A stretch of 64,000 bases of DNA from Antedon mediterranea (lineage: Eukaryota; Animalia; Echinodermata). This document shows positions 53,921-64,000 of the stretch, piece by piece; position 1 is the first letter of the stretch; each line of letters starts with the position of its first letter. Under the pieces are notes generated by a model. It did not search any database. It saw only the letters and a list, made by a program, of their open reading frames with translations, and was not told where the DNA came from. The translations under genes were made by a program, and so were the position numbers. The DNA lies in NCBI RefSeq assembly GCF_964355755.1, contig NC_092678.1, forward strand, positions 13,328,352 through 13,392,351, given 5' to 3'.

Positions 53921-54227
53921 GATGGTGTAGCTGCCGCTAATGACAAAAGTCGCTGCTGAATGCCATGAGCCGCAATAAAATGTCGCCGAAAGTGGCACTC
54001 CCGGCGTTCCATAACAACGGCGGAGTAATTACGGGGGGTTTCCCTCTGGTAAGCTAGCATGTGGTGCGACCGCGGAGTGATTAGTCGGGGTTTCCTCTCT
54101 GATGATGGTGCGTGCCGATCGTGTGACCTGAGACTACATAGCGGGGCTTCCCCTTTTATATGCCTACACGTTCCGTGTTATTTTGTGTATCATTGCGACA
54201 TTTTACGCACTTGTAAACTATTTTTTA

Positions 54228-55761
54228 ACGCCGTGGCTAAAGATACGGTACCGTATTCTAACTTCGTGTGACAAAAACTAAATGTTATTATTATTGAAAA
54301 GCCAAAACATGTTGATTTTAATTCTAGAATACAAAAAACCGTTTCAAAAGAGGCCTAGGCCTACTTACTACGTACTATGACCTCATTATATGAGTTTGTG
54401 TAGGGAAAGCGATGCCAGGCTGGGGCCAGCTGCATGTGTGCGCTGATTTCTGTGGCTCAGACCTGGGGCTACTGTCTAAAAATCATAGTATTTGAGGGCC
54501 CCTTTATTGTCCGCATTTGCTTGTTGTTTATGGTCACCATTGTAAACAAAGTTTAATAAAAAATATAGGCCTAAATGCCATTTGGAATAAAAATAAAACC
54601 CTCATCAACGCACACACATCCATGCAGCCTGGCGCGCGCGGGCCGACAGGAATTCTCTACATACAACCAAAGAATATATATCACAAGAATGAGTAATCCG
54701 CGATTTTCCCTGTAACAGTAATATTGTCCATGTGGTAGGGCGCCGCCGTAAGTGTGGATGTATCTGGGATGTATACAACTTTTTGTGACGGTTTCAATAA
54801 TCAAAGGTTAGACCATCGGTAGTATTTTCATGATAAAAAATGTTATCAACTGCATGCCAACATCATGTTAAATACTATTTGGATATTTAATTGTTCGTTT
54901 TATGCAATTTATTTAGTAAAAACTGCCGTATAAACAGTTTGCTTTATCAACCGGGCGCTACGATAGCGTGACCGGGCGTGTTGGTGTTTACGCGTTTTCA
55001 CGAAGGATAGTTTAATAATATTCCTATATTTAACTTGTTTCTGGTAAAACAAATAAATGTTAATGACATTTAACATTTTATCCTATTAATAACATGTATT
55101 TTATACTAATTTATATCATAAAAACAATACTTAATTTACCGGGCGTAGAGTAGTACACGGCAATGGTAAAGAATAGGCCATGTTGAGTAACGATTCGTTG
55201 ATTTTTGGTGTTGCTGTGTTCACCTTTTTTGTGAACTAACTTAGCATGTTAGTAAATAATTGTCTGTAAAAGTGAATGTACACTAGTTTGTTAATAAATA
55301 TGTATTATAAAATAGTTTACAATTGCAAAAACTATTATCATAATTCTATTTAATGTGACATGTATAAAATCTATTAAATCAAGTCTTATTTAGTATGTAT
55401 ACATCCGCCCTTATGAGGGCGGGCATCACTCACCGGAGCTCTCTGTTACAAATTTCTCATGCAAAAATCGCGGAATACTCATTCTTGTGATATATATTCT
55501 TTGATACAACCAAAGATAGTGTAGCACTATTTGATGGGTGTCACGAAACCTAAGACCACGAAAGCTAAGACCCCCTAAGACCTAAGATCATGAAAGCTCT
55601 TTGATACAACAGACGCGATATGAAAAAAAAATCAAAAGTCCTTATACGATGACGTCACACACGTACCAGCACCCAATTGGCTGATTATGACGTAATGCAA
55701 TTTTACCGTACCTTTAGTAAACAGAAGTTAGAATATGGTACCGTATCTTTAGCCACAGCGA
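54228..55761. mobile_element. Non-autonomous TIR DNA transposon, ~1.5 kb
   Basis: 37-bp TIRs cgc(c/t)gtggctaaagatacggtacc(g/a)tattctaacttc at 54229-54265 and 55724-55760; probable TA duplication; no transposase ORF. Confidence 0.8.
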
Positions 55762-56056
55762 TAATAATATGGAGCCCATGTCATTTGTATTCCTGCTGCT
55801 GTATGTAAGCTAGGCGGTCTAGGCTAGTAGTAGAATAGGATTAGTAAGCCTATAGATAAAGGTAGCCTCGCCTAACTAACAGGACTAGGCCCTAGGGTAG
55901 AGATACCCCTACTAGGGTAGAGAGACTTAAATAATATAGGCCTACTATATTAGGCCTCCTAGGTCAGTAGGCTTGAAGTCTGGAGAGAAAGCAAATTAGT
56001 ATTACTTCTACTCGCGAAATAAACTACGTACGTATGAGTACGCGCCTATACACTTA

Positions 56057-56265
56057 CACTCTTAAAAAAAATCACCTTTTATGGACAACACAATGGATGG
56101 CACACTACTGCAATAAAATCACCTATTGTGGACAAAAAAGTCACCTATTTTGGACAGCCAATTATGAAAGTTACCTATTTTGGACAAACAACAGCGCCCT
56201 CTAGTCCTTATTATGGACAGAAAGTAACCTATTATATGGACAGGAAAGTAACCTATTGTGGACAG
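56057..56265. repeat. Subterminal repeat array, probably an EnSpm/CACTA-like element end
   Basis: ta|cactcttaaaaa followed by ~7 irregular copies of aa(a/g)t.acctatt.tggaca. The other end was not located. Confidence 0.55.
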
Positions 56266-58073
56266 ATTTCTCCAACCCTATTGTTTTTATTGGAGTCTTT
56301 GTTTTTTTTAAATCATCACCAATGATTATGTATGTTTCTCGTATAGAATCTAGTATAGAAATTGACAAATGTTAAACGCTCAAAAGACTGAACGATGCTC
56401 TAATTTTATTAGAAATTTATTTTGCGAATTTTAACTTTTGACACGCAATTTTGCGTACGTAAGTAGTATTAGATATATATTTTTCGTGGACCTGACCGTA
56501 CAGTAATGTGATGCCATCATCATTTGGAGCCTTACAAAAATGTTGGTATCTATTTAATATTATAAATATTTGTATAATTAATATTAGTACTTTGGAATTA
56601 TTTCCTATTTAAGCTATTTATTATCTGACTTGAACGACAACACATTGTGATAAATTGATAGTACAAATAATGAAGAAATTCATTTTTTTTCTCTTTTGTG
56701 AGGTTCACTCACCTTTATTTCATTTACATGATTAAAATTGTCTTGTTAAACTATCTTATTTGTGATCTTATTTGTGTTCGAGCTTGTGTTTGAGTAGAGA
56801 GGCTATAAACTCAGGGAAGGAAAATGTAGTATCCTCCCTTTTCACCAAGATAAGATGGATGGTATGAAAACAAGTGGAATGCAGTAGGTTGAAAGTTAGT
56901 TATTTAGAATGATAGCATGAAATGGTATATTTAATGGAAACCGTAAGGTTAGAGTCCATACACGGTGCAAGTCCAAGATGCAATTTTGGCTATGTGTGTA
57001 TGTGACACGCTTCATACCCGATGTCATCTTAGTACAACTACTACTTACAATTTGTATTTACGGTATAACATATTGCAAATATATAAAAATATATAGAAGT
57101 ATATATATTGAAAAAATACACATACCTATAGATTAAATTGATACGATATAAAATATTGCAAATATAGAAAAATATATATGTTAAACAAATACCAATACAT
57201 ACAGATTATATTGACATGCTACATGTATTTGAACTATTGTCATCTTAAAAATGTATATATGATGCCTATATAAACAGATTTTATGTTAATATACAGGGTT
57301 TGTGTCCATTATGATAAGGTAAGAAAGAAAAAGGAATCAATAAAATAATTAAATTATTAACATCAAGTCTTTTGATAGTTTTAATAGTTTATCTTTTAAC
57401 TTATTCGTCCTTTTCTTCTGAGCCTATGTAAATTATGCATAAAATCATTTGTTAATAAATGCTTTAATTCATAGTAAAATAATCTACAAATTTTTTTGAT
57501 TCCTGATTTTGTTTCTTTTCTTTTCTTATTACTAAACACGATTTATAAATGCAAAAAGTAAATGGGTATCCTAGTTAGTTAGTGACACACAAGTGAAGTT
57601 TCAACGCAAATGAAATTATTATGCAATAGTATGATTGCAACTGCATTTTTTGTTTGTTTTTAGTGCCAATGTTGTGTGAACTCGACTCTAAACACATAAA
57701 AGGCTCCTACATGCATAAATACTATTCATTTTATGTTCAACTATCCGAGAGAGTTGGTAAACAACCTTTTTAAACCAGCTTGATGATTTTTTTAAATATA
57801 ACCGATGTGCTGCATCAGCTGAGATTTTGCTAATTTGATAGATAATTTTGATGTTTTGACTTTGATGAGTACATAGGTCTACATGATTTCTTATAAAGTG
57901 ACTTGCCATAATAATATTTATATTCATGAAATAATGGGTATGCTAGTAGGTTAGTGACACGTCCCGAGTTAATTTTCAACACAAAAAGTAAATGATTATG
58001 CGATAACTTATTTATTGTAACTTAAAGACCCCTTCCCTGCAATTTTGGACGTTTTCTTTAAATTAATACATAT

Positions 58074-58469
58074 TGTAACGTTTCCCTGCCTCGTTGTAAT
58101 GCGGGTTCGGCGTCGGTGTTATTCCGACGACGATAAGTAAGTAATATCACGTACAGAAGCACAAACTACAATCCGTTACGAATTCAGGAGATGTTTTATT
58201 CTTTTTTTACAACTGATAATACAGTACACAATAGAAATGATATTCGTATGCCCTACCTAATAATTGCGTGTAACTTCAGGTACAAAGTAATTCCTAGTAT
58301 GGATTGGATCAGATAGTTTTAAAACTTATGACTCTTCCGGTTCAAGGTTGGAGCTCCACTGCCTCACATGTGGGTTTCTTCCTCCTTTAGATTACAAATC
58401 CACCCACCAATCAGAAGCCTCCTAAGAGGACTATTCCATAACAATAAGAGGGGTATCAAAATCGTTACA
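58074..58469 (-). repeat. 3' LTR of the Gypsy element
   Basis: TGTAACG...CGTTACA inverted termini. The minus-strand PPT TGGGAGGGGGGCAG abuts it (58470-58483), and AATAAA occurs on the minus strand at ~58195. The partner LTR is outside the window. Confidence 0.85.
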
Positions 58470-58610
58470 CTGCCCCCCTCCCAGAACGATTCGTCCCCTG
58501 AATCGTCAATAAAAAAATATCAAAAACAAAATCAAACAAACAAAACTTAGACAGAGGGTCTACTATGCCTCTGCCGCATTCCTTAAGGGATTAAAAAAAA
58601 AAACAACTAA

Positions 58611-59117
58611 CTAATCCAACAAGTACTCTTCTGTCACTTCCTCCACTAGGCTGACACTTCCATCTCGGTAATGTGTGAGTTTCTTCTTTTTGATTACTTT
58701 CGTAACCCGATCCGCAACCCTCTTTTCCAAGAAACCAGTACCATCCGATGTCAGGGCCTCTCGGGTCTCATCAGATAGGAAAGCGGGCTTTCCCTTTGAG
58801 ACTCGACGGACTTTCTTCGGCACCGGGTCTTCTCCCTTCACCATCTCGTCCAACAATGACTGCGAACCTGGCGACAGTTCAATTTCCGGTAAGGTGACAC
58901 GTAACTCAGCCTCTTCCGCCGGGCCTGGTCGCCCCCGCAATCCACCGGAATGAGAATACAGGTGGTTCCTGGTTTCGTGCCGGTCCAAAGCAGACCTTTC
59001 CCTAAACCGTCCACCGCAAAACTGGCAAACAAAATCCCTTGGGTGTTTCGTTTCCCGGTGCCCACGTAGTGCCGTCACAGTAGGAAACTCGGATTTGCAC
59101 TCTTTACATTCTTTCAT
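58611..59117 (-). CDS. Gypsy accessory ORF: 168-aa protein with two C2H2 zinc fingers
   Basis: CKEC-x12-H-x4-H and CQFC-x12-H-x4-H with the conserved F and L; intact ATG-to-stop; located between pol and the PPT, downstream of a (T)n-TTCCAG acceptor. Confidence 0.85.
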   Translation of the reverse strand: MKECKECKSEFPTVTALRGHRETKHPRDFVCQFCGGRFRERSALDRHETRNHLYSHSGGLRGRPGPAEEAELRVTLPEIELSPGSQSLLDEMVKGEDPVPKKVRRVSKGKPAFLSDETREALTSDGTGFLEKRVADRVTKVIKKKKLTHYRDGSVSLVEEVTEEYLLD

Positions 59118-59294
59118 CGTTCCAATCTGGAAATAAATAAAAAAAAAAAAAAAAAAATAACTATCCGGTCCGGCAGTTTCATTACACCGTACTAATCTTG
59201 GAGAAACCGTGCAGGACGGTTCCTCTGTCGCCTTTTTGGATATCGGGATGAGTTATCTGGTTCGGGTTCTGCCGAGCCTGACGAGTCTGGTACC

Positions 59295-62200
59295 TCAGGG
59301 ATAATAGATGGGTGCCCTGCATTTGCACTTGGATCTGGTTCTGTATGGACATTCCCTCCCCCCGGGTGTAGCCCAGCACGTTCCTGTAACGTTTCCCTCA
59401 TAGACCTTGAGGAGGTTGAAGTGAACCACCCGGTACTTCCCTTTTGGACTTAGCTGGATCCGGTACGTTACTTCCGACATCTTTTTGCAGATCAGGTACG
59501 GACCACGCCAACGACTCTCCAGTTTTGGAGAGACTCCTTTTCTCTTGGTTTTGTCGTACATGAGTACAAAACTTCCCTCGTTCAAGGAAGGTCCACCTGC
59601 CAATCGGTCATATAACCGCTTCTGCCTCCGGGCGCTCTTCTTCAATGCTTCACGCGCACGTACAGCAGCCAGCTGCAGTTGCTTTCGGGTACTTGTCACC
59701 AGATCGTCCGTCTCGTCCACTGCTACTCGTTCCATTGGTCCATGCACTGGCCACTGCTGGAGGGGAGCCTTCCTGCGCTGGGGTGGGGTTTTCCGTTTGG
59801 CGCATGGCCCACACTCTCTGACATATGCTCGTACGTCTATGTGCATCCTGGGCCAGTAGAACTTTTGTTTCAATTTTCCTAATGTCTTAGTTACCCCCAA
59901 GTGCCCACTGGTAACACCCCCGTGCACCTCGTCCATCATCTGGGACCGGAGGTTACTTGGCAGCACCACTTTCCACGTACAGGTACTTCCGTCATCACTT
60001 TCCCATTTTCTGCACAAAGTTCCACCTCTAATTTCTAACAGGTCCCATAGTAACCAATATGCCCGATTCTCAGGAGACACGTTCGCCCAATCGGGCCTAG
60101 CAGTATTATTTTTCTTAGCATCGTATACCCATGCGATGGATTCATCCTGCAACTGATGGGTTGTTAAGGCTTCGTTCGGTATTTCTGGTTCTAGACGTGA
60201 TAATCGGATATGGTTTTGAACTGGTACTTTTGACACAGGTTCTTCTGCCAGTTCTGGTTCTTCAGGTACAGGTTCTTGGCTACCGGTACCTTTTCCACAC
60301 TGTTTGCACGGTCGACGGGACAGTCCATCGGTGTTCCCGTGTTTGGCCCCTGGCCTGTGAACAACTGTGAACTCGTACAAGCTTATTACCTCAAACCACC
60401 TGGCTAATTGGCCTTCAGGATTTTTAAAGTTTATGAGCCATCTTAAAGGCGAGTGGTCGGTTCGTATTGTAATCTTTCGTCCATATAGGTACTGCTTGAA
60501 GTACTTCAGGAAGTGCACCAACGCTAACAACTCTCTTCTAGTAACACAATAATTCTTCTCTGCTCTACTCAGCGTTCGACTCCCGTACGCCACAACTCGT
60601 TCCTGTCCATCCTGGATCTGTGATAAAACGCCTCCCAATGCATAATTACTAGCATCCGTGTCTAGGATGAATTCAGCGTCTGGATTTGGGTAAGCCAGGA
60701 TAGGTGAAGTCTGTAACATCTGCTTAAGGGTTTCAAACGCGCTTTGCTGCGGCTCACCCCACTCAAACGTTCGTGATTTCTCCGTTAGTTGAAATAGTGG
60801 CTTTGCCAGAGCTGAGAAGTCCTTAATGAACTTCCGATAGTACGCTGCTAGCCCTAAGAAACTGCGTACATCATGGGCATTTCTGGGAGTCGGCCAATCT
60901 CGTACGGCCGCCACCTTTTCTGGATCGGTTTTTATTCCAGCTTCAGATACCACATGACCAAGGTACAGAACCTCTGTCTGAAAGAGGCTACACTTCTTAG
61001 GCTTCAATTTTAACCCTGCGTCTCGGAATCGCTGAAACACTTTTCCCAACCTGGTTATCTCGTCCTCTATAGAACTGGCATACACAATCACATCGTCTAA
61101 GTAGATCAATAACTCTTTCCACTGCATCCCGTTCAATACCCGTTCCATGAGTCGTTCAAAAGTAGACGGCGCGTTACACAGTCCAAAAGGCATTACCGTC
61201 CACGTAAAATGGCCACCTCGTACTACGAATGCCGCCTTCTGTTTAGCGTCCTCGTCCAACTCTACTTGCCAATAACCGGAGGCCAAATCTAAGGTAGAGA
61301 ACCATTTTGCCCCCGATAATGCATCTAGAGAATCATCAATTCTCGGTAACGGATACGCGTCTTTGACAGTAAGGTCATTCAGCCGCCTATAATCAACACA
61401 GAATCGTTTCGTCCCATCTTTCTTTGACACCAACACAACGTTCGAAGCCCAAGGGCTTTCTGTTGGTTCGATCACACCTCGTTCTAACAAGTCTCGTACC
61501 TGTTTCTCTATCTCTTCCTGGTTTGTCATAGGTTGTCGCCGTGGGGGCTCTCGTACCGGGGCAGCACCCTTGGTCTTTATGTCGTGCTTTACTAGTCCGG
61601 TTCGCCCAAGATCGGCATCACTGGCAGCAAACACGTCTTGATAATCGCCTAACAATTTCTGGATCTGAACATGGTGCCGATGTTTTACACCCTTAATGCT
61701 ACGTTCATACAACTCCGCCAAATACACAGGCAAACCGCTACTAGACGGTGTCTCGTTCTTTACTGTTCTGGTAGTAATTGGACGGTCTATCGTGACTGGA
61801 GCAAGGACACCAACTTTCGTACCAGCCAAGATCACTTTCTTTTCAGGACCAGCATTTAGTATAGGTAGCGGGAATGAATGAGCATTTAGATCTACTACAG
61901 TTCGACCTACGACGAGGCCCTTTTCATCTAGACTGGAACAACCCTTCGGTTCTACCATCCATCCCCCTTCTGTTTCTCTGGGTCGTTGCACGTACGCAGT
62001 AACAATACACTGACACTCTGCTGGTATTTCAATGGTTTCGTGTATTCTTACTAGGCGGCCAAATGGTTCTCCGTCCCTTGTGGTACATCGGATCTTTTCG
62101 TTTCCCAAGCATAATTCTAGAGTAGACAGGTCCAGTATTCCCCCAGTCGCTAAGAGGAAATCCATTCCAAGTATACCTGGTGCTGTTAGATCCGCGAATA

Positions 62201-62519
62201 TTACACTAATGGTTCGGCAGGTATCACCTACTCGTACTTCAACCTCCGCGCTTCCCTTCGTCCTGATGGGTTTGCCGTCCGCCTGATGTAGTTTGGATGA
62301 CAACTTCGACAGGCGAGGACGCAGGTTCGCCGGTATCTGGTAGTACAAAGCAGTAGACAACAAGGTGCCTGTCGCCCCGGTATCTACTAACAGGTGCGTG
62401 TCTGTTTCTGTTACGGTTGCTTTCACGTACAACCCCTCTCTTGGGTCAAATAATGGTTCATGTGATCTCGTGATTTCTGGTTCTCTTTGGTCCTTCTTAA
62501 CACGTTTAGTGCACCCCAA
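59295..62519 (-). CDS. pol: Gypsy Pol (protease, RT, RNase H, integrase lacking most of the catalytic core)
   Basis: LLVDTGAT, RFCVDYRRLN, MPFGLCNAP, YLDD, LDTDAS, TDH, the integrase HHCC motif, then RVAVD joined directly to the C-terminal part with WRGPY. There is a frameshift near the C-terminus. Confidence 0.92.
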   Translation of the reverse strand: MGCTKRVKKDQREPEITRSHEPLFDPREGLYVKATVTETDTHLLVDTGATGTLLSTALYYQIPANLRPRLSKLSSKLHQADGKPIRTKGSAEVEVRVGDTCRTISVIFADLTAPGILGMDFLLATGGILDLSTLELCLGNEKIRCTTRDGEPFGRLVRIHETIEIPAECQCIVTAYVQRPRETEGGWMVEPKGCSSLDEKGLVVGRTVVDLNAHSFPLPILNAGPEKKVILAGTKVGVLAPVTIDRPITTRTVKNETPSSSGLPVYLAELYERSIKGVKHRHHVQIQKLLGDYQDVFAASDADLGRTGLVKHDIKTKGAAPVREPPRRQPMTNQEEIEKQVRDLLERGVIEPTESPWASNVVLVSKKDGTKRFCVDYRRLNDLTVKDAYPLPRIDDSLDALSGAKWFSTLDLASGYWQVELDEDAKQKAAFVVRGGHFTWTVMPFGLCNAPSTFERLMERVLNGMQWKELLIYLDDVIVYASSIEDEITRLGKVFQRFRDAGLKLKPKKCSLFQTEVLYLGHVVSEAGIKTDPEKVAAVRDWPTPRNAHDVRSFLGLAAYYRKFIKDFSALAKPLFQLTEKSRTFEWGEPQQSAFETLKQMLQTSPILAYPNPDAEFILDTDASNYALGGVLSQIQDGQERVVAYGSRTLSRAEKNYCVTRRELLALVHFLKYFKQYLYGRKITIRTDHSPLRWLINFKNPEGQLARWFEVISLYEFTVVHRPGAKHGNTDGLSRRPCKQCGKGTGSQEPVPEEPELAEEPVSKVPVQNHIRLSRLEPEIPNEALTTHQLQDESIAWVYDAKKNNTARPDWANVSPENRAYWLLWDLLEIRGGTLCRKWESDDGSTCTWKVVLPSNLRSQMMDEVHGGVTSGHLGVTKTLGKLKQKFYWPRMHIDVRAYVRECGPCAKRKTPPQRRKAPLQQWPVHGPMERVAVDETDDLVTSTRKQLQLAAVRAREALKKSARRQKRLYDRLAGGPSLNEGSFVLMYDKTKRKGVSPKLESRWRGPYLICKKMSEVTYRIQLSPKGKYRVVHFNLLKVYEGNVTGTCWATPGGRECPYRTRSKCKCRAPIYYP

Positions 62520-62548
62520 CTGGTCCGTCGCGTTGTCTGGTTCACTCC

Positions 62549-63852
62549 TTACTGTTTGGGTGGGCCTCCGTCGCTTCCCAACCTTCCACCGGCCCCTGTG
62601 GTTGGTTGTCCATCGTTTCCCGACGGTCGTTCAGATTTGCACTCTCGAGCAAAATGCCCTATTTCACCACAACGGTAACAACCCGTCCTTGTATTCTGAT
62701 TCCGCCAATTCCCACGTTCACGGCTCCTAGGACGTTCTCCTCCGCTACCGGTATTATTAGTGATAAATTCGGTTAACTGGTTCAGTGCTCGTTCCATCTT
62801 GTTTAACCGCTCTTCGCTACTTTCCTCTCTCGTAGTGGCTCGTACCTGTTTTCGGCTTTGAATAGGCGTGCGCTGCTTTTCCATCTGCTGAAATGCCTCT
62901 ATATTCAATGCCGCTAAGATTGCATCGTCCAGTGTGTTTGGGCAAGATCTAAAGATCCTCTCTCGTACCTCGGGATCACTTACTGCCTCCATAAAATGCC
63001 CTTTCGCCAATCGCTCCTTCTCCTCCATCTGCATCGTAGGATAGGCTCTGCTCGCCAATTCTCGTATCACTTGGCCTAACATTTGCAGGGTTTCCCCATC
63101 CTTCTGCCGAACCTACGTTCAAGGGACTCTACCAATTCTTCGTAACTGTATCCTTTCGGTCCAAAGTTCCCTAGTATCCCCAGGGCAGGACCCTTCAAAC
63201 ATGCAGCTAGAAAGGTGGCTGCTTTCTCGTTCGACCACCCATTTGCTAATTTACAGGATTCAAAATGCGTCCGGTATTCACGCCATGGAACTTTTCCCTC
63301 GTACCGGTCGGGATTAATCACCGGCCGCTTCACAGCGTCCCCAAATACCCGTTCGAATGCCTCCCGTCCATAAATGGCATTCTCTCGTTTCAAAGGCGGC
63401 AATTGCTCTGGTACTGTTACCGGTTCTATCCTAGAAATCTGGCTTTTAGGCCTGACCGTCGGTCGGTTAACCGTACTCGTAACCGGATTCGAATGTCCCA
63501 CTACTGGAACATAACTGTTAACACACGTCGGTGTTGGGTTCACTCGTACCGTACTCTGCAATAGCCTATCTTCGGGTCCCACACTTACCTCTGAAACATT
63601 TCGGCCTAGGCTCGGTAAGCCATTGGCCTGGCTCGTACCACGTACAACTCGTTTCGTACTTCCACCCGTTTCCGTAACTAACGAAATATTCAGGCCTTCT
63701 CGTTCCACTGGAATATTGTACGGTTCTACTGTGTTATAGCCCGCTTCAAGCTTGGCTATAAGATTTGGACTTTCCCCTAATTCCGAAAATACCCGTCCGG
63801 CTCCCCGTACATCCTGGAACAACGTAACTCTTCCTAGGTCTAGGCGTATCAC
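62549..63852 (-). pseudogene. gag: Gypsy Gag, with an internal deletion/frameshift
   Basis: PDRYEGKVPWREY..HFE...ANGW and LKGPA (63076-63852); RQKDGETL...RELASRAYP and CYRCGEIGHFAREC (62549-63082). The N-terminus probably extends past 64000. Confidence 0.85.
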
Positions 63853-64000
63853 GTTTCTCCTCGAGTGGCTCCGAATCTCGACCTATCTGTTTACCCCGGC
63901 TGGCAATATCCTCACGTACTGACTGGTAACCTGATTCACGTTCAGTATAACCTGTGTCTTCAAGCGTAGGCCTAGGCCTACCTGTTGCTTGTTCAGGTTC

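Larger units (their letters stand above)
58074..64000 (-). mobile_element. Ty3/Gypsy LTR retrotransposon with an extra 3' ORF; 5' end lies beyond the window
   Basis: 3' LTR, PPT, gag, and pol in PR-RT-RH-IN order, all on the minus strand. Confidence 0.95.

Noticed and set aside
54095-54152. CTGATGA as a hammerhead or snoRNA box; ACATAGCGGGGCTT as an RNase MRP/P 3' motif
   Set aside because: No correctly placed GAAA and stems for a hammerhead, and no matching 5' P4 strand for MRP/P. Kept only as an unexplained island.
56070-56265. Array of ~20-bp repeats resembling a CRISPR array
   Set aside because: Repeats are degenerate, spacing is irregular (often zero), there are no cas genes and the context is eukaryotic. 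It is better explained as transposon subterminal repeats.
57296-57318. Short AG...GTAAG block as a further host exon
   Set aside because: Only ~22 nt, not LRR-like and would shift the frame; unsupported without RNA data.
962-57927. Most 60-100 aa ORFs in the supplied track
   Set aside because: F/I/L/K-rich chance ORFs in AT-rich DNA, or antisense shadows of TE coding regions; many use non-ATG starts.
58611-59117. Calling the extra Gypsy ORF an env gene or a host Kruppel ZNF gene
   Set aside because: No signal peptide or TM segment, no TGEKP linker, and it lies inside the PPT/LTR boundary.

Overview
AT-rich eukaryotic (animal) nuclear DNA, not prokaryotic. There are no operons, CRISPR arrays, rRNA or tRNA genes. 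The repeat content suggests a marine invertebrate, plausibly an echinoderm; this is inference only. One host gene is readable on the + strand as small GT-AG exons: signal peptide (19758-19818), CUB (21673-22014), LRR N-cap (23456-23588) and two 72-nt LRR exons (27694-27765, 33272-33343). This is the 5' part of a secreted or cell-surface CUB-LRR protein. Almost everything else is transposable-element DNA, often nested. It includes a BEL/Pao LTR element split by a Penelope element that carries two hammerhead ribozymes, five non-autonomous Helitrons, Harbinger-like MITEs, a Deu-domain tRNA SINE and a ~20 kb pile of LINEs (Tx1/L1, RTE-X, CR1/L2-group, RTE). A Gypsy element runs off the right edge. 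The strongest novelty candidate is in that Gypsy: in the env position, behind its own splice acceptor, it has an intact 168-aa ORF with two C2H2 zinc fingers. Other highlights are a non-canonical 2A-like motif in a LINE, ultra-minimal hammerheads in inverted Penelope repeats, and cassette-style LRR exon duplication. Family names come from motif recognition by eye; no database searches were run.
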